Shown here: positions 46,701 through 57,699 of the stretch, one piece after another
Layout of the letters: the number at the start of each line of letters is the position of its first letter
Numbering within the stretch: position 1 is the stretch's first letter
DNA from: Rhodosorus marinus CCMP1338
Taxonomy: Eukaryota > Plantae > Rhodophyta
Assembly (NCBI GenBank): GCA_029953675.1
Contig: JAMWBK010000002.1
Span: 2,604,001-2,668,000 of the forward strand
DNA: 64,000 bases
Reading direction: 5' to 3'
Notes under the pieces: model-generated
The model's database searches: none
What the model was told of the DNA's origin: nothing
Seen by the model: only the letters and a program-made list of their open reading frames with translations
Made by a program: the position numbers and the translations under genes

Positions 46701-49513
46701 CGCGAGTGTGTTCAGTTGCTTCATGATGTCACTCGTGTGAGCCATGATAACCGGAACACATAAATTCACATGCACAGCGCTGGTTTGCATTGTGAAGACG
46801 CCGTCAACAAGAGACGCTGTTGCCGCGTTTGAACTACTCGGCACTCCATCATGACCAAGGATCAAGATATCCTGATCCCATCTCCCGCGCTTTCTTTGGC
46901 GAGGTTCAAACACTTTAAACCGACCGAGAGCGCCCTCCAGCGTGCCACTCGACTCCTGTCTAAGCTGGAGCCGCGAGACTTGCAGGGTGGCCATCGACAG
47001 CATATCCAAGCTCAACGCCTCGACCTTGAGAGCTAAGGAGTAAGACGTTGAGGTGGGAGACGTAGAGGTGGGAGACTCATCGCCATGATCACTACCGGAA
47101 ATTTCCAGCTCTGGCTCTGCAGCGACCGCCAACATAATCTCTGCAACTGAGACCAAGTGCTGGGGTACGACTTCGAAGTTGATTTCCTTGCACCAGAGCT
47201 CTATTTGGTATTCTTGCTTCTGTTCGACGGCGTGAATGTACACGTCAGCTGGCTGCAACACCCTGCCCGAGGTTATGATGCAATCAATACGTCAAGAAAC
47301 GTTTGGAAAGGGCAATGTCCGGCCAGATTGCTGAAAAGGAAATATAGTATCAAAATACCTTCTGTAGCCAGCATGCGAAGAGAAACCGAAGACACGTATT
47401 CTAGTCGACACTCCAACGCGCCGCATAGACAAATAACTGAACTCCAAGGTCATGAGGTCCGAAACACCAACGTTGCCATTGTCAGAAGAAATTGAGAGAG
47501 CCCCTCCTTCGCACACTATTGCTGTCTCTCGAGCCTAAACAGTCAAGAAAGTATACAATGAGGGGCAAAATAATTGCACCGTTGCAGAAAATTCCAGCCG
47601 TCACCCAACACTTAATTACCTCATTCAGGACAATGTATGCAACAGTTTCATGCGGCAAAATGTCTGGTGACGCTGAAAGGATTTTCATCAAACGCGTCAA
47701 ATCTCTGAGGAGCGTTCGTAGAGTATTCATTTGGAGAGACAACAAGAAAGGCGAGACGCCTAGACTCTGCTCGGCGCTAGATGAGGAGAAGGAAAGCAAA
47801 GGGCGATGTGGATCATGCCGAATGCCGGTTTGCTGCGTTTCGATCCACACATCCTCCAATTTCGCGGCAACGCCCTGCTCATCCATCGAAACGTTCAACC
47901 CAGCCAAACGTATACCGGCGATATTGCGAAGAGCGAGCCTGGCATCTGCTAGGTTGATTTGAACAGAAAACGAGGAAACTGCCTCCTGCAAATCCATAGC
48001 TTTGTCCTGCTCCACCAAATTGGAGAGAATCAGCCTCCGCTCCTCGCTCTCTTCGTTGCGCCACCACGTCTTCTTCTCAAGCCTCATCTCCTTCTGCGTC
48101 CTATAGCGCAGGCACGCGAGTTCGATCGCCGTCATTGTCGCCTCCATTTTCTCCCGCTCTAGAGTTTCTGAAGCTGTCAGAAGCTGTCCCCTACGCATCT
48201 TTGCAAGCGCATAAATATTGAAATAATCGGTCCGGAGATTCTTCCTCCTCAGAATCGACTCTTCCGTAAGAACCATACCCTTCGCTATGTAAATGGCACA
48301 CTGCTGAGCGTACACCCACCTGTTTGCAAACGGACAAACTGGAGGCGGTCAGAACCTTTTCGTGCTGCTTGTTAGAGAATCCCTATCGGGGTTGTTCAGG
48401 TACGCTCTTCCGACTCCCGTTGCAGACTAACCATTTTCTTGCGGAAAACCCGACTGTTGGTGCGGTGCTCAAGTCAAACCCCGATGGTGCGGGCCGGCCA
48501 AACACTCGGCACCTCAGACGTCGTTTCCATTGGCTTGCTCGTTTCAAAAACTGGAGAGCATTGGAAACTGACTCGACCGAGCAGTCAACCTCGGCACTGG
48601 AGATCGAACCCTGGACTTTAACGAAAGGCGAACCTCGCCGCTGTTGGATGTCGATGTTTGCTTTAGCTTCAAGTTTGCAGATTGGCATATCTCCGAAGTT
48701 CACGGAGCAACTGAAAGATAGCTCCTTCGAAATGCTGTGTCTCCCATTGGGCTTTAGATTGTCACTCGAAACGGTTAAGTGTGACAGGAAGAGCTCAAAA
48801 CGAGTGCCCGCCTTCGTATAGATTTCAATAACGGCATCATTAACCTCGAGCTGCAAAAAAGAAAAAGAATTGGTGCAATCAAATGAGCAAAAAGCGATCG
48901 GTCGCTCCACCTGGATGAAAATACGAAACGCATCAAGGATAATCGAGATGACCAACTCACTTCAAAACTATTAACCAGGCGTTTCAGAAGCGTAGTTCTC
49001 CATCCTGCTGTAGCGGTGCCTTGATTCGATACATACTGATCGTTCAGGGCGTCTGCAAGCAGGCCTTTCCTCGTCGCCTCGAGTCCTATCCAGTCGGCAG
49101 TTGTGAACTGTATCAGATCGTTCTCTCCAACCTCCTCCAGGCAGAGGTGTAGATTCTTCACATGGACCTTGATCTTTCCACCGATTGCCCATGAGATTTG
49201 AACCTTGATTGACTCCACTCCTCCGGATCGAATGCTCAGAGGGAAATCTCGGAGACGAAATACTGCGGACAGATCCGAGATGCCCGCACTCCTCCCAGGC
49301 TTGAGCTGTACATCCTTGAGGTCAATACATCCATTTCTGATATCGAAATACAACTGATCCCTTGAGAGACGGCTTTCTGCGTATTCATCCAGATAAGAAC
49401 TTATGACCTAGGAACACGAGACGGGCAATTTAGAAACAAGGAACAAGACGCGAAAACGAGAGCGTCATAGCGTCACTAACCCTGAATAGAAGCCTCTTAA
49501 CCGCGTAGCTCAT
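40766..49513 (-). CDS. VPS13: VPS13-family (chorein) bridge-like lipid transfer protein, multi-exon, about 2600 aa (rough estimate)
   Basis: Chorein-N start MSYAVKRLLFRVISSYLDEY...QLYFDIRNGCIDLKDVQLKP, VESIKVQISW, VAB-like repeats (VHIRNDS, LIIENRLP, FQIHNACRFDIRVSQ), and a VPS13_C-like end (IKPLEFELSL...LGEVSLRRLCTTPEDLAERVLAIY). Intron boundaries were only partly mapped. Confidence 0.82.
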
Positions 49514-50509
49514 CTTGAAGTTCACGGCCCATGGCCTCGTTAAAGTCGTCCTCGATGAACAGGATCGATCCTCTTCAAAAGGTCACATCTTCTACTCTTC
49601 AGAATGCTTTTCTTTGTAAAACACCTTCTTCTACGGATTATCCTAGAACTGCATAGCTTCGAAACAGCAGTGGCATTGTACCCTCTTCCCATTCCACCTT
49701 CCTCTGTGCGATATCATCGGCGATGACGAACGGAGCTGGTAGGCCAGCCCATGGTTCGGGGATTGCGGGCGATTTCTCCAGGACAGAGCGAAGGGCGGGG
49801 CACGTTTGTGGTTTCTTACAGCGAGAGCTAGACCTAAGACACAGCCTTGAAGATTTGTATACTGTCTGGGAACCGGACCAGTTCGATCTGCCAACAGGGA
49901 AGCTCGGATAGTCCACCGGTCGGTATGGTTCTTGCACAGGAGGGTTGACTGCTAAGAGAGGATGCGATGGCAATTCCTTAAGCTTCAGTTAGTGCAGTTC
50001 CGCGACCTTGATTCCTGGTGGGTTGTGTTGGATAATGGCACTTGCCCTGCTGGTTGCTGATTCTTGGGTGTGTATGTTCGTCCCGCCCTCTCACTTGGAT
50101 CGCCGTGCTTAAGGTTTATTGTGAGTATAGGCGATAATCCCTCACAAAGTACAAAACCAAAGAGCATACGCTGCTGAACGTACGCTCTGTGCTTTCATTT
50201 CGGCCTGGGTTCGCTTGACAGGTTTCCTTGGAGTTTGATCTTTGTCATTGCGAAGAAGAAACTTGGAATCAGGGGCTACCAAGGCCAAATCCAGTATGCG
50301 CGAGAACCGTTCGCAGCCAATGACGCAGTGCAGCAAACTCTAATTTTTAGTTTTACTATAAAGTTGTCTCCCCCCTTTACACAAAAAACAAGCACATCTA
50401 TAGATAAGCGGGCTATATACACAAACAAATCCATCAAATTCAATTGGATTCAAGTGAAAGTTGAAGGTCACATGATAATTTTATAAGTCTCCAGACACAA
50501 ACCCCATGC

Positions 50510-51340
50510 CTAGCCGGTTCGAATTTGGTGCCGAATGATCTGTTGCCACTTATTCTCTGTAACCTCTTCATGAAGCAGGCCGTCGTAAAAGCAGCTAAGC
50601 GTTGCTTGCATTTCCTCCTTCGACGGGTACTCAACTGGTCTGTCAAGTTCCGCTGCTACGACTGCTGGGGTAACTTTCTCATCGACTTGCAATCTTAGCA
50701 TAGGTCGCGCTTGCGGAATCTCGATATCCTCCTTCAGCACATCCGAGTCCTCTACCTCTGCATTATCTTTCAACACGTCCGCGTCCTGTCGCGTAGTCGC
50801 ATCCTTAGGAGAGCCACTCGCGCTGCTTAAAAGGCTAGTGGAGACGTCTCCAACCCGAGTTTCAGGCGTCGGCATCACATCGTCCTCGGCCTTCGGCCGC
50901 TTCGCAGGGTTAATAGTTGATTCGGAAAGCTTCCTCTTCAACGGAGCTTCGTCCTTGCCTAAACGTTTATCCTTATCCCCAGAGGCGTTGCTTGCTCGAG
51001 TTCCGTTCAAAGCCATGGTCAAGACATCTTGCTCTGAACTCTCCATCAGCGAGACGGACATGTCTTCCTTCTGGTCGATCATGACGAGCTCATCTTTCTG
51101 TAACTCGCCGTTAAATTCACCGACAGGACTTGTCTCTAATTTTGTCTTAACTGCGGGGCTGACATTCATTTCAATCATCTTCGCAAAGGTATCGCTGTCA
51201 GTTTTCGAATTGAAACTAGACTGAACTTCAAGCATGTCCCCAGAAACCTCCGCCCCGGTCCCCAACATGAAATCAAAGTTGTCATCGCCCAGGTCCTCGT
51301 TCTGGAGGAATTCCGATACATCAAACTCGTCACCCATCAC
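50510..51340 (-). CDS. Uncharacterised acidic, probably nuclear protein, 276 aa
   Basis: Single ORF with an acidic N-terminus (DEFDVSEFLQNEDLGDDNFDF) and bipartite NLS-like KRKLSESTINPAKRPK. A G/T-rich 5' region lies upstream on its strand. Confidence 0.7.
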   Translation of the reverse strand: MMGDEFDVSEFLQNEDLGDDNFDFMLGTGAEVSGDMLEVQSSFNSKTDSDTFAKMIEMNVSPAVKTKLETSPVGEFNGELQKDELVMIDQKEDMSVSLMESSEQDVLTMALNGTRASNASGDKDKRLGKDEAPLKRKLSESTINPAKRPKAEDDVMPTPETRVGDVSTSLLSSASGSPKDATTRQDADVLKDNAEVEDSDVLKEDIEIPQARPMLRLQVDEKVTPAVVAAELDRPVEYPSKEEMQATLSCFYDGLLHEEVTENKWQQIIRHQIRTG

Positions 51341-52383
51341 TACCTAATAACTTCACTCACCCTTGCGACACCTAATCACTTGCCCAGGCTCCTCGGAGAG
51401 CAAGACTCCAACTTAGGAACGAAAAAAAACAAACCTACAAGCTCTCTCAAACCTCGTAGTAGAATTTAGAACAGTGTGCAGGAACCGCTCGTCGCCGCTC
51501 GCGACATATCAACCACTCCAATCCACAGGACACTCGAAACCGCACTTACCAGCCCGGGGCACCCAGGAAAATCCAAACCCCGCAGTCTGTCATACAAACT
51601 CTCCCGCCAGCCCCAAACGACAAGCCCACAACTTCGCAAAACACCTCTTCAGACTAGCTGGCCTCCACTAACCCACCACTCAAGAATGTCCTATCCGAAA
51701 CTTCACCAACCAACTCCCGACCCACAAATACCAACCTCAAAACCCAAGAAAGTTCACCAAACTGAAAACCGAGGAAACAATAACAGCACCGATCTTATTT
51801 CACCAAATTTTTCGTAGTTTTTGAAGATACCAATTAAGATCCAAACCCTCCCCTCCCGACTGTTCCAAATCTTCCTCCCAAGTCTGCGCTCCTCTACCCC
51901 AACCTCCTCAACCCAACCCACCCCAACACTAACTCGACCAACAAACTGACCAATTCCAACCTTTCAGCATGGCCGTTTAGTACAGATAAAAGTCCTTCCC
52001 ACACCCCCCCCCTCTCCCACCCCTTTTCATTTATTTATAGATAGCTTGTAGTATTGCGACAGGCTTTTTAGATTCTTTTGGAACAAATTTGCTGGCCAAC
52101 TAATATATTTACAATATACGGCCAATGTTTCTTCCCTACACATCCACAAACGAACTCATTCCCCCCCCCCCCTCTTCCCTCGAGAAAGACCTAACTTTAG
52201 AAAGAAATTTGACCCTTTAGAAAAATCCCCGCAATATTTCTCAATCGAGAAAAATACGGCAAAAAAAGAGGAAAGCTTACCCCTTTGACAAGATTCTCGT
52301 TGTGTGTTCAATCCTTTTTTTTGTGGTCTGCTGAACGGTATTTTCGTTGTTTCTTTTTGCTTACACAGCCCCGGGTTAGGTCC

Positions 52384-52421
52384 CCTTCCTCAACATCACC
52401 CCCCGGTGATGTTGAGGAAGG
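52384..52421. repeat. Perfect 17-bp inverted repeat with a 4-nt loop
   Basis: CCTTCCTCAACATCACC-cccc-GGTGATGTTGAGGAAGG. Confidence 0.97.
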
Positions 52422-53272
52422 TACCCCCCACCCCCTCCCCTCTACCCCACCTACCTCACACTTCGATTTGAGAACTAGGACCAAAAAAAGGCATTGGTGG
52501 ACTACTAGATATTGTATGTGCTTGATATTAAAGGACTTTTTTGTCTGTTTTTTCAAGGACGATAACTAATTAGTCGAAATATTGATCTAAATTTTGAGAG
52601 CTACTCCCAAATTTGTGCTTGGAACGTCTGCCCATTGAGCGGGTTTAACCACGTCTGGGCCGTAAACAGCCAAAAACCCGGTCCACTTGGTCCCTACCCT
52701 AATCTCAGTAAACCTCTTTTGGATGAGGGCCCAAATTCGAGGGTGACCAGTTGAACTCTTATTAGTGTCTAGTTGGGGCATGCCGCATGGCGATGCCCCA
52801 TTGCCCATCTAACAATACGAATGGTTTCACATAGATTGAATATCTGACCTGTCATGTTGATAGTACACGTTTAGGCGAAATACTAGTTTGTACTGTGGAT
52901 TTTGTTATTGCTCGACAATCTTTCAAGTGGACTCAGCAGGACATGACATCTGCGCTTGTCACCTGCCAACAACGCTGGCGATGGCTCCTAGAGATTTATT
53001 TCCAGCCCAAACACCTGTATGAAGAACAATTCCATGGAACCAACTTGCGCGCGAAGAATTCATAAGTCGCCTTGGTCGGCCACAAGTAGAGTGCAAACCA
53101 TACACAGGCGCACAGTTGAACGGGCCCTTACACATGACTTCAGCTTATGGGCTCGGCTTGTACTTCTGCTCGCAGAGTTCTACACCGCCCCAACCTGAGC
53201 TGCTACTATTACGATACTTAAGATCAGCCTAGCATGTACTCGTAGTTCTTTAATTTTTTGTTTGCAAAACTT

Positions 53273-53959
53273 CTACTCCATGACTTCTTTAATCATCTTG
53301 TTCTTCGTTTTCTGATCCTCAGGAACTGAGTAGGTTGCCACGTGAGCGACAATACCCACTGCGGTACCGTACGCGGCGCCTCCAAGCAAAGCGTTCAGAA
53401 GACCTGCAATTTGGTGAACGGGGTCGATGTTAACAAACCGGATAATCTCAAGCTATATTCCTGAATCACATACCTGCTGATGAGGCAAGACCGAGTCCGG
53501 ATGATACTGCACCTATCACAGCTCCAGATCCTGCTAGCTTATCCACCCGGTTTTGCCCCTCGTTGTAATGAAGCCTGTACACGCGGTCCTCAACACCTTC
53601 GTCTTCCTTGATTGACATAACCTTGTAGTAACCCATCGCTCCAAGCAGTAGTTCGACGGCGATCATAGCTGTAATAAGTTCATAAAACAGGACAATATTA
53701 AGCTTCAGAAAGGAAGACAAACCGAAACACCCAATGTCTCGTCCTTCTACGCACTCTTCCCGGCGGAGCCAAGCATGCTTTTCAGGTTCAAAGATCTGTG
53801 TTTATAGTAGGACCACGGCAACGAGGCCAAAGAACCCAGGATAGCGCCTACTTGGTAGGCCTTGTTGACTACATGCCACTCAAGCTTAAGCCTTGCATAA
53901 GGCTTCGGGTCAAAATCAACGTCCTCTTCCTCATCGAGCAACGGCTGCACATCCGTCAT
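53273..53959 (-). CDS. Small glycine-rich membrane protein, DUF1757-like, 3 exons
   Basis: MTDVQPLL...AYQVGAILGSLA...SAGK|TMIAVELLLGAMG...VEDRVYRLHYNEGQNRVD...GLLNALLGGAAYGTAVGIVAHV...KEVME*. The DRxYRLxxNxxQxRxD motif is recalled from DUF1757 and was not verified. Confidence 0.7.
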
Positions 53960-55555
53960 CTTTCAACTAGCAACGACAAAAACAAAAAAAAAATTTACCG
54001 GGGTCGATCGTCTTGGGACCTTAAAAAACCCCCCTCGTCTCGCTCCTCTCCTCAATAAACAGTAGCAAACAACCACAACAAGTCTTCCCACTCGCAAACC
54101 CACCCACAAAACTCCATGAGTGCTAAGCCTTACCTTTAAAACCAGCAAACTCCCTTCCCATCCCAAAAGTCTAGTCTAACACAGCCCTTCCACCGGCAGG
54201 ACACCGAAAACCATCCAAATTTCAATATAATTCAACATAACCTGAAAATCGATGGGAAACGACAACCCTGGTATCAACCACTACCAATAATTTTAGTAAA
54301 AAAGGGAACGGAAATCTACTCTCCACAGATACCCTAAAACTGTTGGAGACATAAATCAATCAATTATGAAATTGCTTTTATGAAATAGAATTGATGAACA
54401 ATCGTTTTCATTGTTGAAAACGCTGTTCAGGATTTGTCCCTATCGAAGATGAACTTCATTGGTTTTATGTATTGTGAAGTCATCGTCTATTTTTGAGTAC
54501 TAATCATGTTTGACACGAATTGGTGGAAGGGGGGAAAGGGGGTTTGACGTTTGCTTTTGGAGTCGTAGACGAATGTTATGAAGTTGCTGCGGATGAGGAT
54601 GGTGGGTCATGACGTAAAGAAAACGTAAGTTCTTGGAGCTTATGAGATCAGAGCGGGAGACCAATAAGTTAGTCGACTGTTTTTCAGCGGGGAAAGTCAA
54701 CATGTGCGCCACAACGAGAACAGCAGACCCCTTTCCCTTCTGACAGGGGGGTGGTTTGGAGACCTCTCAGTTGTTTCACCGATACCCACGTTATGAAGGG
54801 TTCAACATAAGCCTGCGATCGAAACCTTCTCGTTGTAGGAGATTCTACTAGTTCCACCCCAACAAACCCGTGGGAAATTCTTCTGCGATAAAACCAATCG
54901 ACGGACGGGGACAGCAGGATGTTTTATTTTTTTAGGATACCAGCAAGCTCTCATCAAGTCACTATTCTCAACTTTCCGCCCCACATGTCGCATGAAAGTT
55001 TAAAAAAAACAGATGTACAGCCATAACCGACTTCTTTGATAGATAATCCCCCGCGTGAGAGTTTGAATGCGCTCTTTGGCAGTTCTGCCAGTTTGAGGGT
55101 TGTTCTTTCTTTGTTATCTCACTGCTTTGCTTGTGGAAGGATACCCACCATTGGCGACCTCCCCAAAACCCCCAAGAATCCCCGCGAAGACTTCGAAGCG
55201 GATATTTGCTTGTGTGACCAGCAGGTTCAATGGCATTCCAGCATTTTCCTCAACTGGAGGCGCCGCGAAATGGAGCGTATTGATCTGTGTTTGGATGTTC
55301 GTTTTGTGTACGGGGCATGCTCAAATGCTCAAGGTAGTAACGCATTGCCCGCTGCATCTTTTTTTGTATTTAATCTTCTTGTAACTTCTAGTTGATGGCA
55401 TTCAGTGCTTCTTTCCCTTTCTTTGGATTTAGTTTTTTTTTTTTTCTGTTCGTAGCAGACCCCCCTAGCGCTCATTGGTTCTTTGAGTGGAGTGCTGTAT
55501 GATCTGAGCTGGAAACACGACCTATGGCAGTAGTAGCCTCATGTTGACCCCGTAT

Positions 55556-56741
55556 CTACGAAAGCTTCGAATACCCATCCCTCTCGGCCTGACGCAGGTA
55601 GTTGCAGTGTGAACAGTCCGGGTCTGGGTCTGGGATCTCACCTTCCAGAACTTCTACAACTTCTGTAAGGTACAGGAAGAACTCCGGAAAGTTTTTCTCA
55701 ACTTCATGGTACTGGCAGATACCGGTCAAACTTGCAGTAGCAGGGGTTCCCTTCTTGTTCTCCGGTGACTTCTTGACGCCGCTCTTGCTGAAGCCAAAGC
55801 TCTGCGGCTGATAGCAGACCAGGCCCATATGTTTTACAACGCCTTGCATAATCTCACTCTTTTTCGAGGGAAACTCCAGGGCCATTCCATACGCATGCAG
55901 CTGTCGTGAATACAGACTCAGATAACGGGAGATCTCCGATGTCTTGAAGTCAATTATGGAATAAGTCTGATCATCGTTAAGAACTAAGCAGTCGATCTAG
56001 ATGAAAAAACGGCACCTGCAAGAAATTAGCAAGCAGGAAAACCAAGGCCAAAGCTCCTTTCGTGAAGGCTGCTGACTTGCCTTGCCTCGTATGTACACCA
56101 AGCTGTCCTTGCCTACGTCAAATATCTCTGACTCGACCCATGCGTCGTCCTCTTCACACAAGAATTCTCCCAGGGGCATGTCCGGGAGGACGCTTTCTGT
56201 GCGCTTTCCTTTGAAGAATTCTTTCATTCCGAGGTCGATCTTGTTGAATATAGATGGAAATGGGGCTCTAGGCCTGTACAGGAGCCCATGACCTTTCAAG
56301 TAGAAACATCTTTTGCATTCCTAAGAACCGAAGAAGCGTAATGAGTACGACGATCTGAACAGTTCCCAATTGCGAAGACCCTGTACCTTCCATAAGAAGG
56401 CGAAGTCCGACGGGGCAAGTCTGAACAGGGGCTTTTCCGGCATCTCCTTCCTCTCCACCTCTGTGGTGAACGATGCAGGACAGAGCTAAAATTCAATTGA
56501 AAGTCCAAATTTTGCGGGAGACAAACCATCGGGTGATTTCGAATGTGGCCCAGCTACCTCCGTTCGGCTGGATTATGTTAGCCATGGGCGTACGAGCCTG
56601 CACACTCAACGAGCGGCTGAATTCTCGCTGAAAACGTTGGTGTCTTGCATGCAATGACCTCGACAACATCGTCCTCCTCATCGCCAGGCTCATGCCTGGC
56701 CTAACGAATCCCATCCGTATTCCAGACTGAAAGACGGTCAT
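55556..56741 (-). CDS. PD-(D/E)XK (RecB-family) nuclease with N-terminal organellar targeting peptide, 4 exons
   Basis: Exons 56741 (or 56714)-56558, 56460-56387, 56320-56081 and 55996-55556. Product includes LAPSDFAFLWKECKRCFYL, RPRAPFPSIFNKID, IRGKIDCLV..D..YSIIDFKTS, YSRQLHAYGMALE and C-terminal CSHCNY. The donor of the first intron is the least certain. Confidence 0.85.
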
Positions 56742-57699
56742 CCTTCAAAATGATGGTCGCAGCAAACAGCCGATCCAAAAGATCCACAACACAGCAATGT
56801 CCGCTCAGTCCGCTCAGTCCCAGAAAAAACCACCCACAAACTCCTGAGCGAAAAGAAGAGCTAGCCAAATAAATAGGAATCAGTTCCTACTACCTCAGAA
56901 CACAAGATCCAAAGGACATTGCGGCAAACTTACGAACAGCCAGTACCGGTCATCCCATCCAACTTTCCCGGATCCACACCTCCTAACTCTCTTCGCGGTT
57001 CAACCGGGTCTCCCACTCTCGGCCAAAACCACCCATATCCTCAATCTGACCCGTGACCACTCCTAAAATAAAATTATTTAATAACATATTGATTATATTC
57101 AATCAATATAAGATCCCGGGTGGTTGATCGAATGGATTTCATTCGCGCAGAAATCTTAGTCCCAAAAACAAAGATAAAACATATACATGTTAACCAATCG
57201 ACATGCTTCCCTGACTTCCCCCCCCAATTGTGTTTGGTATACAGCGGTATCAACAAGTGGCATTATATGAATGGACTTATAAAATCTCTCTCCCGCCAAA
57301 ATGGAGTCCGGTAAAATGACCAATTAATACTCTTAAAATTTGTTAAGAGCTATTATTGGTTAGTTAGATGATTAATACAAAATACGCGTATGATAAATGG
57401 ACGAGAAATGATTGAATAAACGGAATTTTATGTAGGAGGGTTTTTGTTTCAGGGTGAGATTGTCGTGAACGTGTTTGATATTGGGGGTGGAGGCAGTGGC
57501 TGAGGAGCTGGTGTCAATCCGGGTGGAGAGGTTGTCCAGAGTTTCTTTCATAATAGGATTTAGGCTCGGTGCATCACTCTGAGGGCATGGACCAGTTGGG
57601 ATGTCGGACTTGTCGTATCCGCGAATCTGGTGGCATTTCTCTGCGTAGTTGTTTTGTTAGTTTTTTTGGTTTTTCTTGTCTCTGAAGACGTTGTTCTAT

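Noticed and set aside
49638-50336. Several short ORFs between the VPS13 start and the acidic orphan
   Set aside because: No motif support and no consistent splice model; probably UTR or promoter sequence.
52950-53060. QRWRWLLEIYFQP resembling the end of a Gypsy RNase H
   Set aside because: A single short match with no neighbouring RT or integrase fragments.
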